This document shows positions 25,151-34,191 of a stretch of 43,172 nucleotides of DNA, one piece after another. The position numbers were made by a program, and so were the translations under genes. Position 1 is the stretch's first letter; each line of letters begins with the position of its first letter. The stretch lies in sequence record SRR20825010_2901. One strand, given 5' to 3'. The notes under the pieces were generated by a model that worked only from the letters and a program-made list of their open reading frames with translations, did not search any database and was not told the DNA's origin.

Positions 25151-26128
25151 ATGAACACCGTATTGAAAATCATTCTGGCATTGATTTTAGGTCTGGTTGC
25201 CTTGATCCTTATCGCTATTACTTATGTGAAGGTGTCGCTCCCCGATGTGGGAGATGCTCCTGAATTAACTATCAGCGCTACCCCCGAGCTTGTTGCACGT
25301 GGGAAATACCTCGCCAACAGTGTTTCTGTATGTATGGACTGCCATTCTACCCGCGACTGGATGAAATTCTCCGGTCCATTGGTTCCGGGGACACTTGGGC
25401 AGGGTGGAGAGGTTTTTAATCAGGACTTTGGCTTTCCCGGCTCCTACACATCCAAAAATATTACTCCTTTTGCCATGAGCAGTTGGTCGGATGGCGAATT
25501 GTATCGGGCTATCACAAGTGGAGTAAGCAAAGACGGACATGCGCTTTTCCCAATAATGCCCTACCAAAGATATGGTAAAATGGCCAAGGAAGATGTTCAT
25601 GCCATTATTGCCTATATACGAACACTGGCCCCACTGGAAAAATCCAATGAACCATCCATTTCTGATTTTCCAATGAACCTCATCATAAATACTATTCCTC
25701 AGGCCGCCTCACACGAAAGCAGACCAGAAAAGAGCGATGTAATCGCTTACGGGGAATACATCACCAATGCTGCTGCTTGTGGCGACTGCCATACTCCGCA
25801 AGACAAGGGAGAGCCTATAGCTGGAATGGACTTTGCAGGAGGATTTGAGTTCAAAATGCCTTATTTTGGAATCGTCAGATCGGCAAACATAAGTCCGGAT
25901 TCTGCAACAGGTATCGGCTCCTGGGATGAAGCAACATTTGTTGCTAGATTCAAGAGTTATGCCGATTCAAGCTACATACCTCATTCTGTTTCAAAATCTC
26001 AGTTCCAAACGGTAATGCCATGGATGATGTATGCCTCCATGGAAGAAGACGATCTGAAAGCAATATTTGCTTATTTAAAATCAATAACCCCCGTTGAAAA
26101 CAAAGTGGTGAAATTCACGTCGTTCTAA
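25151..26128 (+). CDS. Membrane-anchored di-heme cytochrome c
   Basis: Two CxxCH motifs (CMDCH, CGDCH), NITP/NISP and MP axial-ligand motifs, and an N-terminal TM helix. Confidence 0.92.
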   Translation: MNTVLKIILALILGLVALILIAITYVKVSLPDVGDAPELTISATPELVARGKYLANSVSVCMDCHSTRDWMKFSGPLVPGTLGQGGEVFNQDFGFPGSYTSKNITPFAMSSWSDGELYRAITSGVSKDGHALFPIMPYQRYGKMAKEDVHAIIAYIRTLAPLEKSNEPSISDFPMNLIINTIPQAASHESRPEKSDVIAYGEYITNAAACGDCHTPQDKGEPIAGMDFAGGFEFKMPYFGIVRSANISPDSATGIGSWDEATFVARFKSYADSSYIPHSVSKSQFQTVMPWMMYASMEEDDLKAIFAYLKSITPVENKVVKFTSF

Positions 26129-26175
26129 ACTCGCATCTGGGCACAAACTGACTACCTTAGCCAGCAAACGCGCTC

Positions 26176-27708
26176 ATGAAACTCATAAAACCCTTATTCC
26201 TATTTATTCTGTGTTTGCCGTTACTTTCATTGGCACAATTGTCTCAGCCAAAAGAAAGTGCCATTTACTTCGATACCGATGTTCCCCGAATCGACATCAC
26301 TATTGCGCAAATCGATCTGGACTATCTATTGAATCCAGAAAATGAAGATAATGACGAAGAGTTTCCAGCTACCTTCAAATTTGCATCCGGCAGTTTTAAT
26401 GCAATAGAGGAAAATATCGGCTTTCGCCTACGCGGAAACACTTCAAGATCTGCTGAAAAAAAATCATTCAAAGTTTCGATAAACGAATATCAGAAGGGGC
26501 GCGATTTGGATGGTTTTGAGAAATTTAACCTGAACGGAGAACACAACGACCCATCTATCATCCGATCAAAATTATGTTGGGATTTAATGAATGAAATTGG
26601 AGTCCCTTCGTCCAGAGCCAATCTAGTGGAGCTTTACATCAATGGCGATTATTACGGTGTTTATGCCAACATAGAGCATGTGGACGAGGAGTTTGTCGAG
26701 GAACGATTTGGGAACAAAGACGGTAACCTATTTAAATGCCTCTACCCGGCCGATCTTAAATACAAGAGTTCCGACCCGAATGTTTACAAGGAAGAGTATT
26801 GGGGCCGAAGAGCCTACGAATTATCAACCAATGAAGAAATAGATGACTACACAGGTCTGGCCAATTTGATTCGTGTACTCAACCAAACTTCCAATAGTGT
26901 ATTTGAGTCCGAAATAGAAGAAGTATTTGATGTACTGAGTTACCTGAAAGCGCTGGCAGTTGAGGTTTTGGTTGCGCACTGGGACAATTACGGAATTAAT
27001 CAAAACAACTTCTACCTATACGAAAATCCAGCTGATGGAAAGTTCTATTACATCCCGTACGATCTGGACAACACGCTCGGTGTGGACTGGTTCAATGTCG
27101 ACTGGGCTGATTGGGACATTTATGAATGGTACAATGACAACCGACCATTGACCAGAAGAATCCTACAAGTCAGCAAATACAGGGAAGAATTTACCCGAAT
27201 CATGGATAGGCTACTTAAAGACCAGTTTCTCCCGGCAAACATCAACCCAAGAATCGATGAATTAAAAGCAATGATTCAGGATGCTGCCGAACGAGACCAG
27301 TATAGAACCTATGATTATGGCTTTACTATTGATGATTTCAATAAAAGTTATACTCAATCGCTGGATTATTTTCAGGTTCGGTATGGTTTAAAAGAATATA
27401 TCCAAAGGAGACACACCACAGCCCTTAGCCAGCTAGATGATGTAATACCTCTGGCAAACACGGCCATCACAGCCTCTTTTTCCATCTACCCAAATCCGTC
27501 AAAAGATGTCATCAATATCACTCTGCCCTTTGAATACACAAGTGCTGAAGTAGACCTGTTTACCCTTGACGGGAAAAAGATCCTTACAAAAACTTTTGAG
27601 CAACAGAATCTAAGAATTCAACACGACCTTCCCGAAGGGGTTTACCTGCTCCAAATCAGAGCAGCATCCAGCGCTCCTATTAACCGAAAAGTTTACATTT
27701 CTGACTAA
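26176..27708 (+). CDS. CotH kinase family protein with a T9SS type A sorting domain
   Basis: RLRGNTSR..KKSFK, INGDYYGVY..IE, WDNY...NNFYLY and IPYDLD; C-terminal IYPNP...GVYLLQI; signal peptide. Confidence 0.92.
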   Translation: MKLIKPLFLFILCLPLLSLAQLSQPKESAIYFDTDVPRIDITIAQIDLDYLLNPENEDNDEEFPATFKFASGSFNAIEENIGFRLRGNTSRSAEKKSFKVSINEYQKGRDLDGFEKFNLNGEHNDPSIIRSKLCWDLMNEIGVPSSRANLVELYINGDYYGVYANIEHVDEEFVEERFGNKDGNLFKCLYPADLKYKSSDPNVYKEEYWGRRAYELSTNEEIDDYTGLANLIRVLNQTSNSVFESEIEEVFDVLSYLKALAVEVLVAHWDNYGINQNNFYLYENPADGKFYYIPYDLDNTLGVDWFNVDWADWDIYEWYNDNRPLTRRILQVSKYREEFTRIMDRLLKDQFLPANINPRIDELKAMIQDAAERDQYRTYDYGFTIDDFNKSYTQSLDYFQVRYGLKEYIQRRHTTALSQLDDVIPLANTAITASFSIYPNPSKDVINITLPFEYTSAEVDLFTLDGKKILTKTFEQQNLRIQHDLPEGVYLLQIRAASSAPINRKVYISD

Positions 27709-27748
27709 ATAGGTATATATAGGCATTACATCTTAAAAACCGATCACC

Positions 27749-28288
27749 ATGCTCACCACTAAAACCATTCGGTTCCTCAACAAAAACGGCTATGGTTTTA
27801 CGCAATCAAAAAATGTGATCTCGTTCAGCCGACCATGGAACCCTACCTGGCTTATCATTCTGGCAGGTTTTATTGGGGCAATCGTGCTCATGCTCAACAT
27901 TCGGAATTTATGGATTGGTGGTGGGATTTGCTTGGTAATTGCAGTGGCCGTGGATCTCATCATTCGCCTAACGAAAAGAAAACCCTATTTCCTGATTGAC
28001 ACTTCTAAAAGGAGAATCTTGCTGAAAAAAGGAAGCAAATCCATTCACGAGGCTTTCAAAAGTCTTCAAGAGTTGTCAATAGGCTCTTCCTACGAAGGTT
28101 CTTTTACAAGTGCTTCAAAGCAAACCTCGGATGATTATGAAATTCGTATCGACATGAAATTGGGAAACGAAACCTATACTTTGTTCAAATTCGAATCCGA
28201 CTATCGAGAGCCTGGTCTGGAAATCAATGAAGTATATGGCCTACTAAAAGAAAGTATGGGCAATCCATCTCCCATTGAAACTCACTGA
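27749..28288 (+). CDS. Hypothetical membrane protein (2 TM)
   Basis: 179-aa ORF with two hydrophobic helices then a soluble domain. Confidence 0.75.
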   Translation: MLTTKTIRFLNKNGYGFTQSKNVISFSRPWNPTWLIILAGFIGAIVLMLNIRNLWIGGGICLVIAVAVDLIIRLTKRKPYFLIDTSKRRILLKKGSKSIHEAFKSLQELSIGSSYEGSFTSASKQTSDDYEIRIDMKLGNETYTLFKFESDYREPGLEINEVYGLLKESMGNPSPIETH

Positions 28289-28291
28289 ATT

Positions 28292-28324
28292 AAAAAAGGC
28301 CGTCCCGAGCGGAACGACCTTTTT
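28292..28324 (-). terminator. Intrinsic terminator ending the sulfur operon (possibly bidirectional)
   Basis: Minus strand reads AAAAAGGTCGTTCCGCTCGGGACGGCCTTTTTT; the stem pairs fully with G-U on this strand. Confidence 0.75.
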
Positions 28325-28391
28325 CTCATCATTAACCTAACCATCAACCTCAGCACTATGACCCGGTTTGAGGAAAAATGGATGGAATATT

Positions 28392-29000
28392 TTATTTCTT
28401 ATCCTTCAAAACAGAAGTGATTTTATTGAGTTCCTTCACTTTATCTTCAAAATTTCCTTTGAGTTTGTCGCGGATCGATTTGAGGTTCGCCAGCAATTCG
28501 TCCGTTTCCTCGGGAATGGTTTCTTCCAGTATTTCTCTGAATCGCTTCGCAAAAGTGGGTGACTGACCATTTGTGCTGATACCTACCTTAAGGTTACCCC
28601 GCTTCACGGTAGAGCCCAAATAGAAATCACACAAATCAGGCGTATCCGCTACATTCACCAGAAGGTGGCGCTTGTCCGCCAGCTTCTTAATCTTCTTATG
28701 TAAATCAGGTTTGTCTGTCGCGAGAATAGCCAAATCAACGCGTTTCAGATCACTCTTTTCAAATTTCCGTTCCTTTAAAATCAGGTTTGGTGCGTCGACA
28801 AGAAGTTCCTTAATCTCCTTTCTGATTTCTGGTGCAACCAACTTCACTCTAGCGTTTATGTCGTTCTTCAGAAGTGCTTCCAATTTCTCCAGGCCAACAT
28901 TTCCTCCTCCCACAACCAGGGTTTGAATCTGATCCAGTTTCAAAAAAATAGGAAAAAGTGGATTTCCTTTATTCGATTCCTTTGACGACTGATCCAACAT
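28392..29000 (-). CDS. Precorrin-2 dehydrogenase / sirohydrochlorin ferrochelatase (CysG N-terminal/Met8/SirC family)
   Basis: LFPIFL, Rossmann VVGGGNVG, NVADTP..CDFY and ISTNGQSP. Confidence 0.92.
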   Translation of the reverse strand: MLDQSSKESNKGNPLFPIFLKLDQIQTLVVGGGNVGLEKLEALLKNDINARVKLVAPEIRKEIKELLVDAPNLILKERKFEKSDLKRVDLAILATDKPDLHKKIKKLADKRHLLVNVADTPDLCDFYLGSTVKRGNLKVGISTNGQSPTFAKRFREILEETIPEETDELLANLKSIRDKLKGNFEDKVKELNKITSVLKDKK

Positions 29001-29003
29001 ACG

Positions 29004-29741
29004 CTATTCTTTAAAAGATTGAATGGAATGTGCCTGAGCGGCACCTTCACCAAAGATAAGCAAGGTTGGCGCCTCCGGCTTTTTCTCGTCGAAGATATCA
29101 ACAATGGTATCAACCGTACCAGTAAACATCGTGCCGGATTCTAAAGACCCATTCGATATGACAGCCACGGGTAGTTTCCCGCGACCTGCTTTTTGATATT
29201 CGTTCACGATTAAATCGAGCTTCCTTGAGCCCATAAAGAAGACGGTAGAAGCCGAATATTTAGCAGCATTGGTTACTTCTTCGCTCAACTCTCCCTCAGC
29301 AGTAGTTGCCGTCACCGCTGTAAAACTCTGGTTGATTCCCCTGATGGTTAAGGGAATACCATAATACCCGGGCAACATGATGCTGCTAATCCCAATAACG
29401 ACAGATGATTTGATTCCGAATTTTTCTGCATAGCCGATTTCTTCCAACCCTCTGGCAAAAACAAATGGATCACCGCCTTTAAGACGCACCACGTGCTGGC
29501 CTTTCAAGGCGTGATGAACGATTAATTCGTTGATTTCCTTTTGAGAAACACTGTATTTGCCAGCTCGCTTGCCGACAAAAATCAATTCGGCATGAGCAGC
29601 GTGCTCCAGCATATCTGGATGCACGAGCGCATCGTAAAGAACCACATCGGCCACTTTTAGTGCTTTGACTCCCTTGAGGGTAATCAAATCTGGATCACCG
29701 GGACCCGCACCAACCAGCGTAAGTCTTGGCTCCCTTGCCAT
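29004..29741 (-). CDS. cobA: Uroporphyrinogen-III C-methyltransferase
   Basis: LVGAGPGDPDLITLKG, YDALV and VRLKGGDPFVFARG.EE. Confidence 0.95.
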   Translation of the reverse strand: MAREPRLTLVGAGPGDPDLITLKGVKALKVADVVLYDALVHPDMLEHAAHAELIFVGKRAGKYSVSQKEINELIVHHALKGQHVVRLKGGDPFVFARGLEEIGYAEKFGIKSSVVIGISSIMLPGYYGIPLTIRGINQSFTAVTATTAEGELSEEVTNAAKYSASTVFFMGSRKLDLIVNEYQKAGRGKLPVAVISNGSLESGTMFTGTVDTIVDIFDEKKPEAPTLLIFGEGAAQAHSIQSFKE

Positions 29742-29744
29742 CAA

Positions 29745-31868
29745 TTATGCTTTGTAAAAATTGCTTACCACCATTTTATCTTCGTTCTCTGCGTTTCGAA
29801 GGTCGATTATTTTAGTGCAAACTTCTTTTGCACTAGCAAAGTACGCCCTTGCAAAAGCTTCCGTAGGCTCATTTTTGTTGATTTCAAGCACAATTTCGCT
29901 GAATGGCCTGGCTAATTGAACAAGTCCTTCACCTTGCACTTTCTCTTCAAAATCCGAAATGATAGCTATGTGCGTATTGCACTGAATGTCTTTACCTAGA
30001 AGAGTCGCTTTCGCTCCGATCACCAGCGCATTGTAAGTGTAATAGATTGCATTTGCCCACAAACCAGCTTCCAGTGATTGCTGCGCAGAAGTGTAACGAT
30101 CCTGAGCATCACCGAGAATCGTTCCAACTAAATCCATCATCACACCTGCACATTCACCCACACCTATTTCAGGAATAAAATCGGCTTCCTTGCCCCAATC
30201 CTGAAAACCATCATCATCCAATGTGGTCAGATCTGCGAGCGGCTTAAGTAGATCGTAAAAATAAATTTTACCTTGTCTTCTCACATACTCGTTGAAGTAT
30301 TCCGTTTCCTCTGCTTTCTCTTCGTAGTTATTCAGCAACCAACGAACGGCTTCAGGAATTCTTTTTGAAGGTATTTTAATTACTTTATCCGCGATGTAGC
30401 CTTTCCCGTCAGGGTCAATACCGCCACCAAGAACAACCTGTTGTGCCGGGCAAACTTTGCTGCCATGCTTGATACTGCTGCCATGAAACCCAATATTGGC
30501 AATCATGTGCTGACCGCATGAGTTCATACAACCACTAATTTTTATTTTGATCAGAGACTCATCTACCAAATGGGGATATTCGTCTCTTATAAGCTTTTCC
30601 AACTCTAATGAAAGCGCCGTACTATTGGTTACACCCAGATTACAAGTGTCCGTTCCGGGACAAGCTGTCACATCCGCCAATGTATCAAAACCTGGATCCG
30701 ACAAATTCACTTTTCCTAGTTCTTCGTAAACCTTTTTGATGTTTTCCGGTAGGATATTTCTAAATAGCAAACCTTGATTTACTGTGATCCGAATATCGTC
30801 TGCGGCATATTTATCAACTATTGCGGCTAATTCATGAGCAATATCGGGTTTGATATCACCCAGAGGAATCCGCACTTTTACTGCATAAAGTCCTTTTTGC
30901 TTTTGCTCAAAAATGTTGGTTCCTACCCAGGTCAAAAACTCCGGATCTTTCTCACCTTCGAAGATCGAAGACAAATCACCGGAACCACCAACCGCTTCCG
31001 CGTGTTCAGCTGGATTGATTTCAAAGGATTGATACGGCAATGATTTTCTTTCTTCATCCACCAATTTCAGGAAACCATCAAGACCAAGTCCTTTTTTCGG
31101 TTCTACTAAAAACTTCAATCGTGCCTTGTGTCTTCTTTCTCTCTCTCCGTATCGGTCGAAAACCCGCAAAGAGGCCTCTACAAAAGGAATAAGCTGGTCG
31201 GTTGGTAAAAATTCATACGCCTGAGGCGCCATGAATGCCTGAGCACCAAGCCCACCACCCACAAGCACACGAAATCCTCGCTTACCGTCCTTAATTACTG
31301 GTGTGAAACCAAAATCGTGGATATAAGTGAGCGCATCATCTTTGTCGCTCGAAGAAAAAGCTATTTTGATTTTTCTACCCATATCCTGACAGATTGGGTT
31401 TCGAAGGAAATATTTAAACGTAGCATCGACATAAGGAACAACATCAAATGCCTCGTCTGGATCGATTCCTGCAAAAGGGGATGCTGTGATGTTTCTAACC
31501 GTGTTTCCGCAAGCCTCGCGTGAAGTCATGCCGGCAGCTTCTAAGGCTTCATAGACCATCGGACTATCCGCCAATTTCACATAATGAAGCTGAATATTCT
31601 GGCGAGTGGTCAAGTGAAGGTTGCTACTTCCGTAGTTTACCGAAAGGTCAGCCACTACACGAAGTTGATCAGCCGTGATTTTACCATAAGGCAGTTTCAA
31701 TCGGTACATGTGTACACCCAATTGACGCTGACCATAAACGCCTCTTGTCAAACGAAACGCTTTGAATCGGTCTTCATCCATTTGACCAGAATTGAACCGA
31801 TCAATTTTGGTTAACAACTCTTCAACGTCCGCTTGTGCTTCCTTATTCATTTCCTTCGTTACGCTCAT
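29745..31868 (-). CDS. Siroheme sulfite/nitrite reductase with a C-terminal HEPN-like domain
   Basis: GVYGQRQ, HLTTRQNIQ, GNTVRN; siroheme/4Fe-4S cysteines CPGTDTC and SGCMNSCGQH. Operon context favours sulfite as substrate. Confidence 0.92.
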   Translation of the reverse strand: MSVTKEMNKEAQADVEELLTKIDRFNSGQMDEDRFKAFRLTRGVYGQRQLGVHMYRLKLPYGKITADQLRVVADLSVNYGSSNLHLTTRQNIQLHYVKLADSPMVYEALEAAGMTSREACGNTVRNITASPFAGIDPDEAFDVVPYVDATFKYFLRNPICQDMGRKIKIAFSSSDKDDALTYIHDFGFTPVIKDGKRGFRVLVGGGLGAQAFMAPQAYEFLPTDQLIPFVEASLRVFDRYGERERRHKARLKFLVEPKKGLGLDGFLKLVDEERKSLPYQSFEINPAEHAEAVGGSGDLSSIFEGEKDPEFLTWVGTNIFEQKQKGLYAVKVRIPLGDIKPDIAHELAAIVDKYAADDIRITVNQGLLFRNILPENIKKVYEELGKVNLSDPGFDTLADVTACPGTDTCNLGVTNSTALSLELEKLIRDEYPHLVDESLIKIKISGCMNSCGQHMIANIGFHGSSIKHGSKVCPAQQVVLGGGIDPDGKGYIADKVIKIPSKRIPEAVRWLLNNYEEKAEETEYFNEYVRRQGKIYFYDLLKPLADLTTLDDDGFQDWGKEADFIPEIGVGECAGVMMDLVGTILGDAQDRYTSAQQSLEAGLWANAIYYTYNALVIGAKATLLGKDIQCNTHIAIISDFEEKVQGEGLVQLARPFSEIVLEINKNEPTEAFARAYFASAKEVCTKIIDLRNAENEDKMVVSNFYKA

Positions 31869-31911
31869 TCTACTAATTTTAATTATTCCTTAATCGACAG
31901 CCTGCTGTCCT

Positions 31912-33087
31912 TTATTTTAAATTTTTACTAGCCTCCAGGGCCTGATCGATATCCGCGATGATATCATTGATGTTTTCTAATCCTACCGAAATACGAACCA
32001 AACCGGGAGCAATTCCCACTATTGTTCTTTCCTCTTCCGTCAACTTACTATGTGTGGTAGATGCCGGATGTGTCGCCGTACTACGTGTATCGCCCAGATT
32101 AGGCGTCAAACTCAGCATTTTCAAGCCATTCAAAAAGCCCGCTCCACGTTCCAGTCCTCCTTTGACTATAAAGGTCACTACGCCACCCCCTTGTCGCATT
32201 TGCTTCTTGGCTATTGCAAACTGAGGATGAGATTCTAGAAACGGATATTTCACTTGTTCTAGTTCCGCATGTGATTCCAAATAGCGTGCAATTTTCAATG
32301 CATTGTCGCAGTGGCGATCCATTCGCACAGCAAGGGTTTCCAAACTTTTGCTGAGTACCCATGCATTAAATGGTGACATACTTGGCCCTGTATGTCGCGC
32401 AAAAAATCGTATTTCTTCTATTAACTCTTTCTTTCCAAGGATGGCTCCTCCCAATGTTCTGCCCTGACCGTCGATGAATTTGGTAGCCGAATGGGTGACA
32501 ATATGCGCACCAAAATCCGCCGGATTTTGCAAATAAGGTGTGGCAAAACAATTGTCAACATTGAGAATGATATTGTGCTTTTTCGCCAATTTCCCTAGAT
32601 ACTCCAGATCTACCAAATCCAAACCCGGGTTCGATGGCGTTTCCACAAAAATCATCCTGGTATTCGTTTTGATTAATTTCTCACAATCCCCCGGTGAGGA
32701 CAAGTCGAAATACGAACTTTCGATCCCCCATTTCGGGAAAACTTTGGTGAAAAGCTGATGGGTAGACCCAAAAATGGCTCGTGATGAGATAATGTGGTCC
32801 CCGGATTTGAGCAATGCCGCGATACTCGTGAACATGGCCGACATCCCTGTAGCCACAGAAATACCGTCTTCTGTATTTTCCAATTGACACAGTTTGTTAA
32901 TAAACTCGTCGGTATTCGGATTGGAATATCTGGAATAAATGTTGCCGGGTATTTCGTCATTAAACATCGCCCGGGCTTCTTCCGCATCGGAAAATGTAAA
33001 ACTGCTGGTCAGGTAAAGCGGAACTGAATGCTCCCTTTGAGAGGCATTGCTTACCTGCGTTCGTATAGCTTTCGTTTCAAAATTCAT
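31912..33087 (-). CDS. metZ: O-succinylhomoserine sulfhydrylase-like PLP trans-sulfuration enzyme
   Basis: YSRYSNP, ETPSNP, VDNCF, HSATK (PLP lysine), NLGD.RS...HPASTTH and RISVGLE. Confidence 0.85.
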   Translation of the reverse strand: MNFETKAIRTQVSNASQREHSVPLYLTSSFTFSDAEEARAMFNDEIPGNIYSRYSNPNTDEFINKLCQLENTEDGISVATGMSAMFTSIAALLKSGDHIISSRAIFGSTHQLFTKVFPKWGIESSYFDLSSPGDCEKLIKTNTRMIFVETPSNPGLDLVDLEYLGKLAKKHNIILNVDNCFATPYLQNPADFGAHIVTHSATKFIDGQGRTLGGAILGKKELIEEIRFFARHTGPSMSPFNAWVLSKSLETLAVRMDRHCDNALKIARYLESHAELEQVKYPFLESHPQFAIAKKQMRQGGGVVTFIVKGGLERGAGFLNGLKMLSLTPNLGDTRSTATHPASTTHSKLTEEERTIVGIAPGLVRISVGLENINDIIADIDQALEASKNLK

Positions 33088-33128
33088 TTATGAATACTCG
33101 ATTATTAGTTTGTGTTTCGATCAGAAAA

Positions 33129-33215
33129 TCAAAAACAAACGGAACAACAACAATTCCCTGAATTGGAAAGAAAGGTATTAATCGTGCTTACGCCTGAAGT
33201 AAAAATTGTTTTCAT
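33129..33215 (-). CDS. Putative Cys-rich leader peptide (28 aa, MKTIFTSGVSTINTFLSNSGNCCCSVCF)
   Basis: ATG 33215 to TGA 33129, with four TGT codons among the last seven sense codons. Lies between the SAM riboswitch and metZ. Confidence 0.7.
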   Translation of the reverse strand: MKTIFTSGVSTINTFLSNSGNCCCSVCF

Positions 33216-33221
33216 ATCTCA

Positions 33222-33332
33222 ATTCATATTCTCTGCAAAATCACAGATCAGGATTTAGCACCGCAATCAGCTGGGTAGCTGACAGGTTGCTAGCGTTTCG
33301 TCGAGCCTGTCTCTCCGCGCTTCTTTATAAAT
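33222..33332 (-). ncRNA. SAM-I family riboswitch
   Basis: Minus strand TTATAAAGAAGCGCGGAGAGACAGGCTCGACGAAACGCTAGCAACC...GGTGCTAAATCCTG...ATATGAA matches the S-box pattern. It lies upstream of Met/Cys genes. Confidence 0.9.
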
Positions 33333-33357
33333 CAATCAATCTTTATTGAATGAGGGG

Positions 33358-33388
33358 CAAAGGTGGGCGATAAGATTGAAACATCAAA
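33358..33388 (-). promoter_or_regulatory. Candidate Bacteroidota housekeeping promoter for the riboswitch/sulfur operon
   Basis: TTTG-N19-CACCTTTG, one mismatch to the TAnnTTTG -7 element, about 25 nt before the riboswitch. Confidence 0.4.
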
Positions 33389-33564
33389 AGAATCTTTAAT
33401 AAGAATCCAAAAATTCAGTTTGAGAATTTCGAATGTTACCAAAAAATAAAGAAAATATTTTGTCGTGAATTGTTCATTTATCGGTTGAGGTGTTACAATT
33501 AGCCAAAGTTTTTATATGACAAAAACTTATGTTTTATTTGGGCACATTATCCACTCATACCGCT

Positions 33565-34185
33565 ATGAAAAAATTCCTTTTTGTTCTTGCCGTTTTGCTC
33601 CTATCAGGATGTGCCAAAAGGTATTATGAAATTTCGCCCTCCTCTTTCAATTATGAAAACAGAATAAGCGCCACCGGACCGATCAGGATCACTTATGTGT
33701 ATGATGCACAATACGAAGAGCACAACAAGGTCTATTCCAAATTTGAAAGAAATGCCAACTTAAAACTGATTGGCCTCAAAATAGAAAACACGAGCGACGA
33801 ACCTGTTCAATTAAGACAGGACAACTTCTTTGTTCTGTCTGCGAGCGGAAGAATGATCACGGTGGTAGATGCCTCGTTCTATTCATCTAAGGTTCGTCAA
33901 AAACCGGAATTTTACGTGCTATACTACGGGCTGGCTGGAATTGGTGTTTACGGACAGCAAGATTCCAATGGAAAAACAGATGTACGATTAACCTATAACC
34001 CTATTCCTCTTGCAATAGGAATTGGTAATGCCATATACGCCGGAATAGCAAACAATAAAATGAAACAGAATCTCAAACGAGAATATGTATTAGGCAAAAC
34101 AATCGCTCCAAGAGGTCAAATAAATGGACTACTTGCGATTAGCGAAAGAGGATATCCTGAACTTATATTTGAATATGCTGAATAA
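33565..34185 (+). CDS. Hypothetical lipoprotein
   Basis: MKKFLFVLAVLLLSG-C lipobox from ATG 33565, plus an internal Gly-rich hydrophobic hairpin. Confidence 0.8.
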   Translation: MKKFLFVLAVLLLSGCAKRYYEISPSSFNYENRISATGPIRITYVYDAQYEEHNKVYSKFERNANLKLIGLKIENTSDEPVQLRQDNFFVLSASGRMITVVDASFYSSKVRQKPEFYVLYYGLAGIGVYGQQDSNGKTDVRLTYNPIPLAIGIGNAIYAGIANNKMKQNLKREYVLGKTIAPRGQINGLLAISERGYPELIFEYAE

Positions 34186-34191
34186 CCTGAG

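Noticed and set aside
25021-25173. N-terminal extension of the 576-aa ORF
   Set aside because: It overlaps the start of the divergent cytochrome c gene, and the signal peptide begins at ATG 25020/25008.
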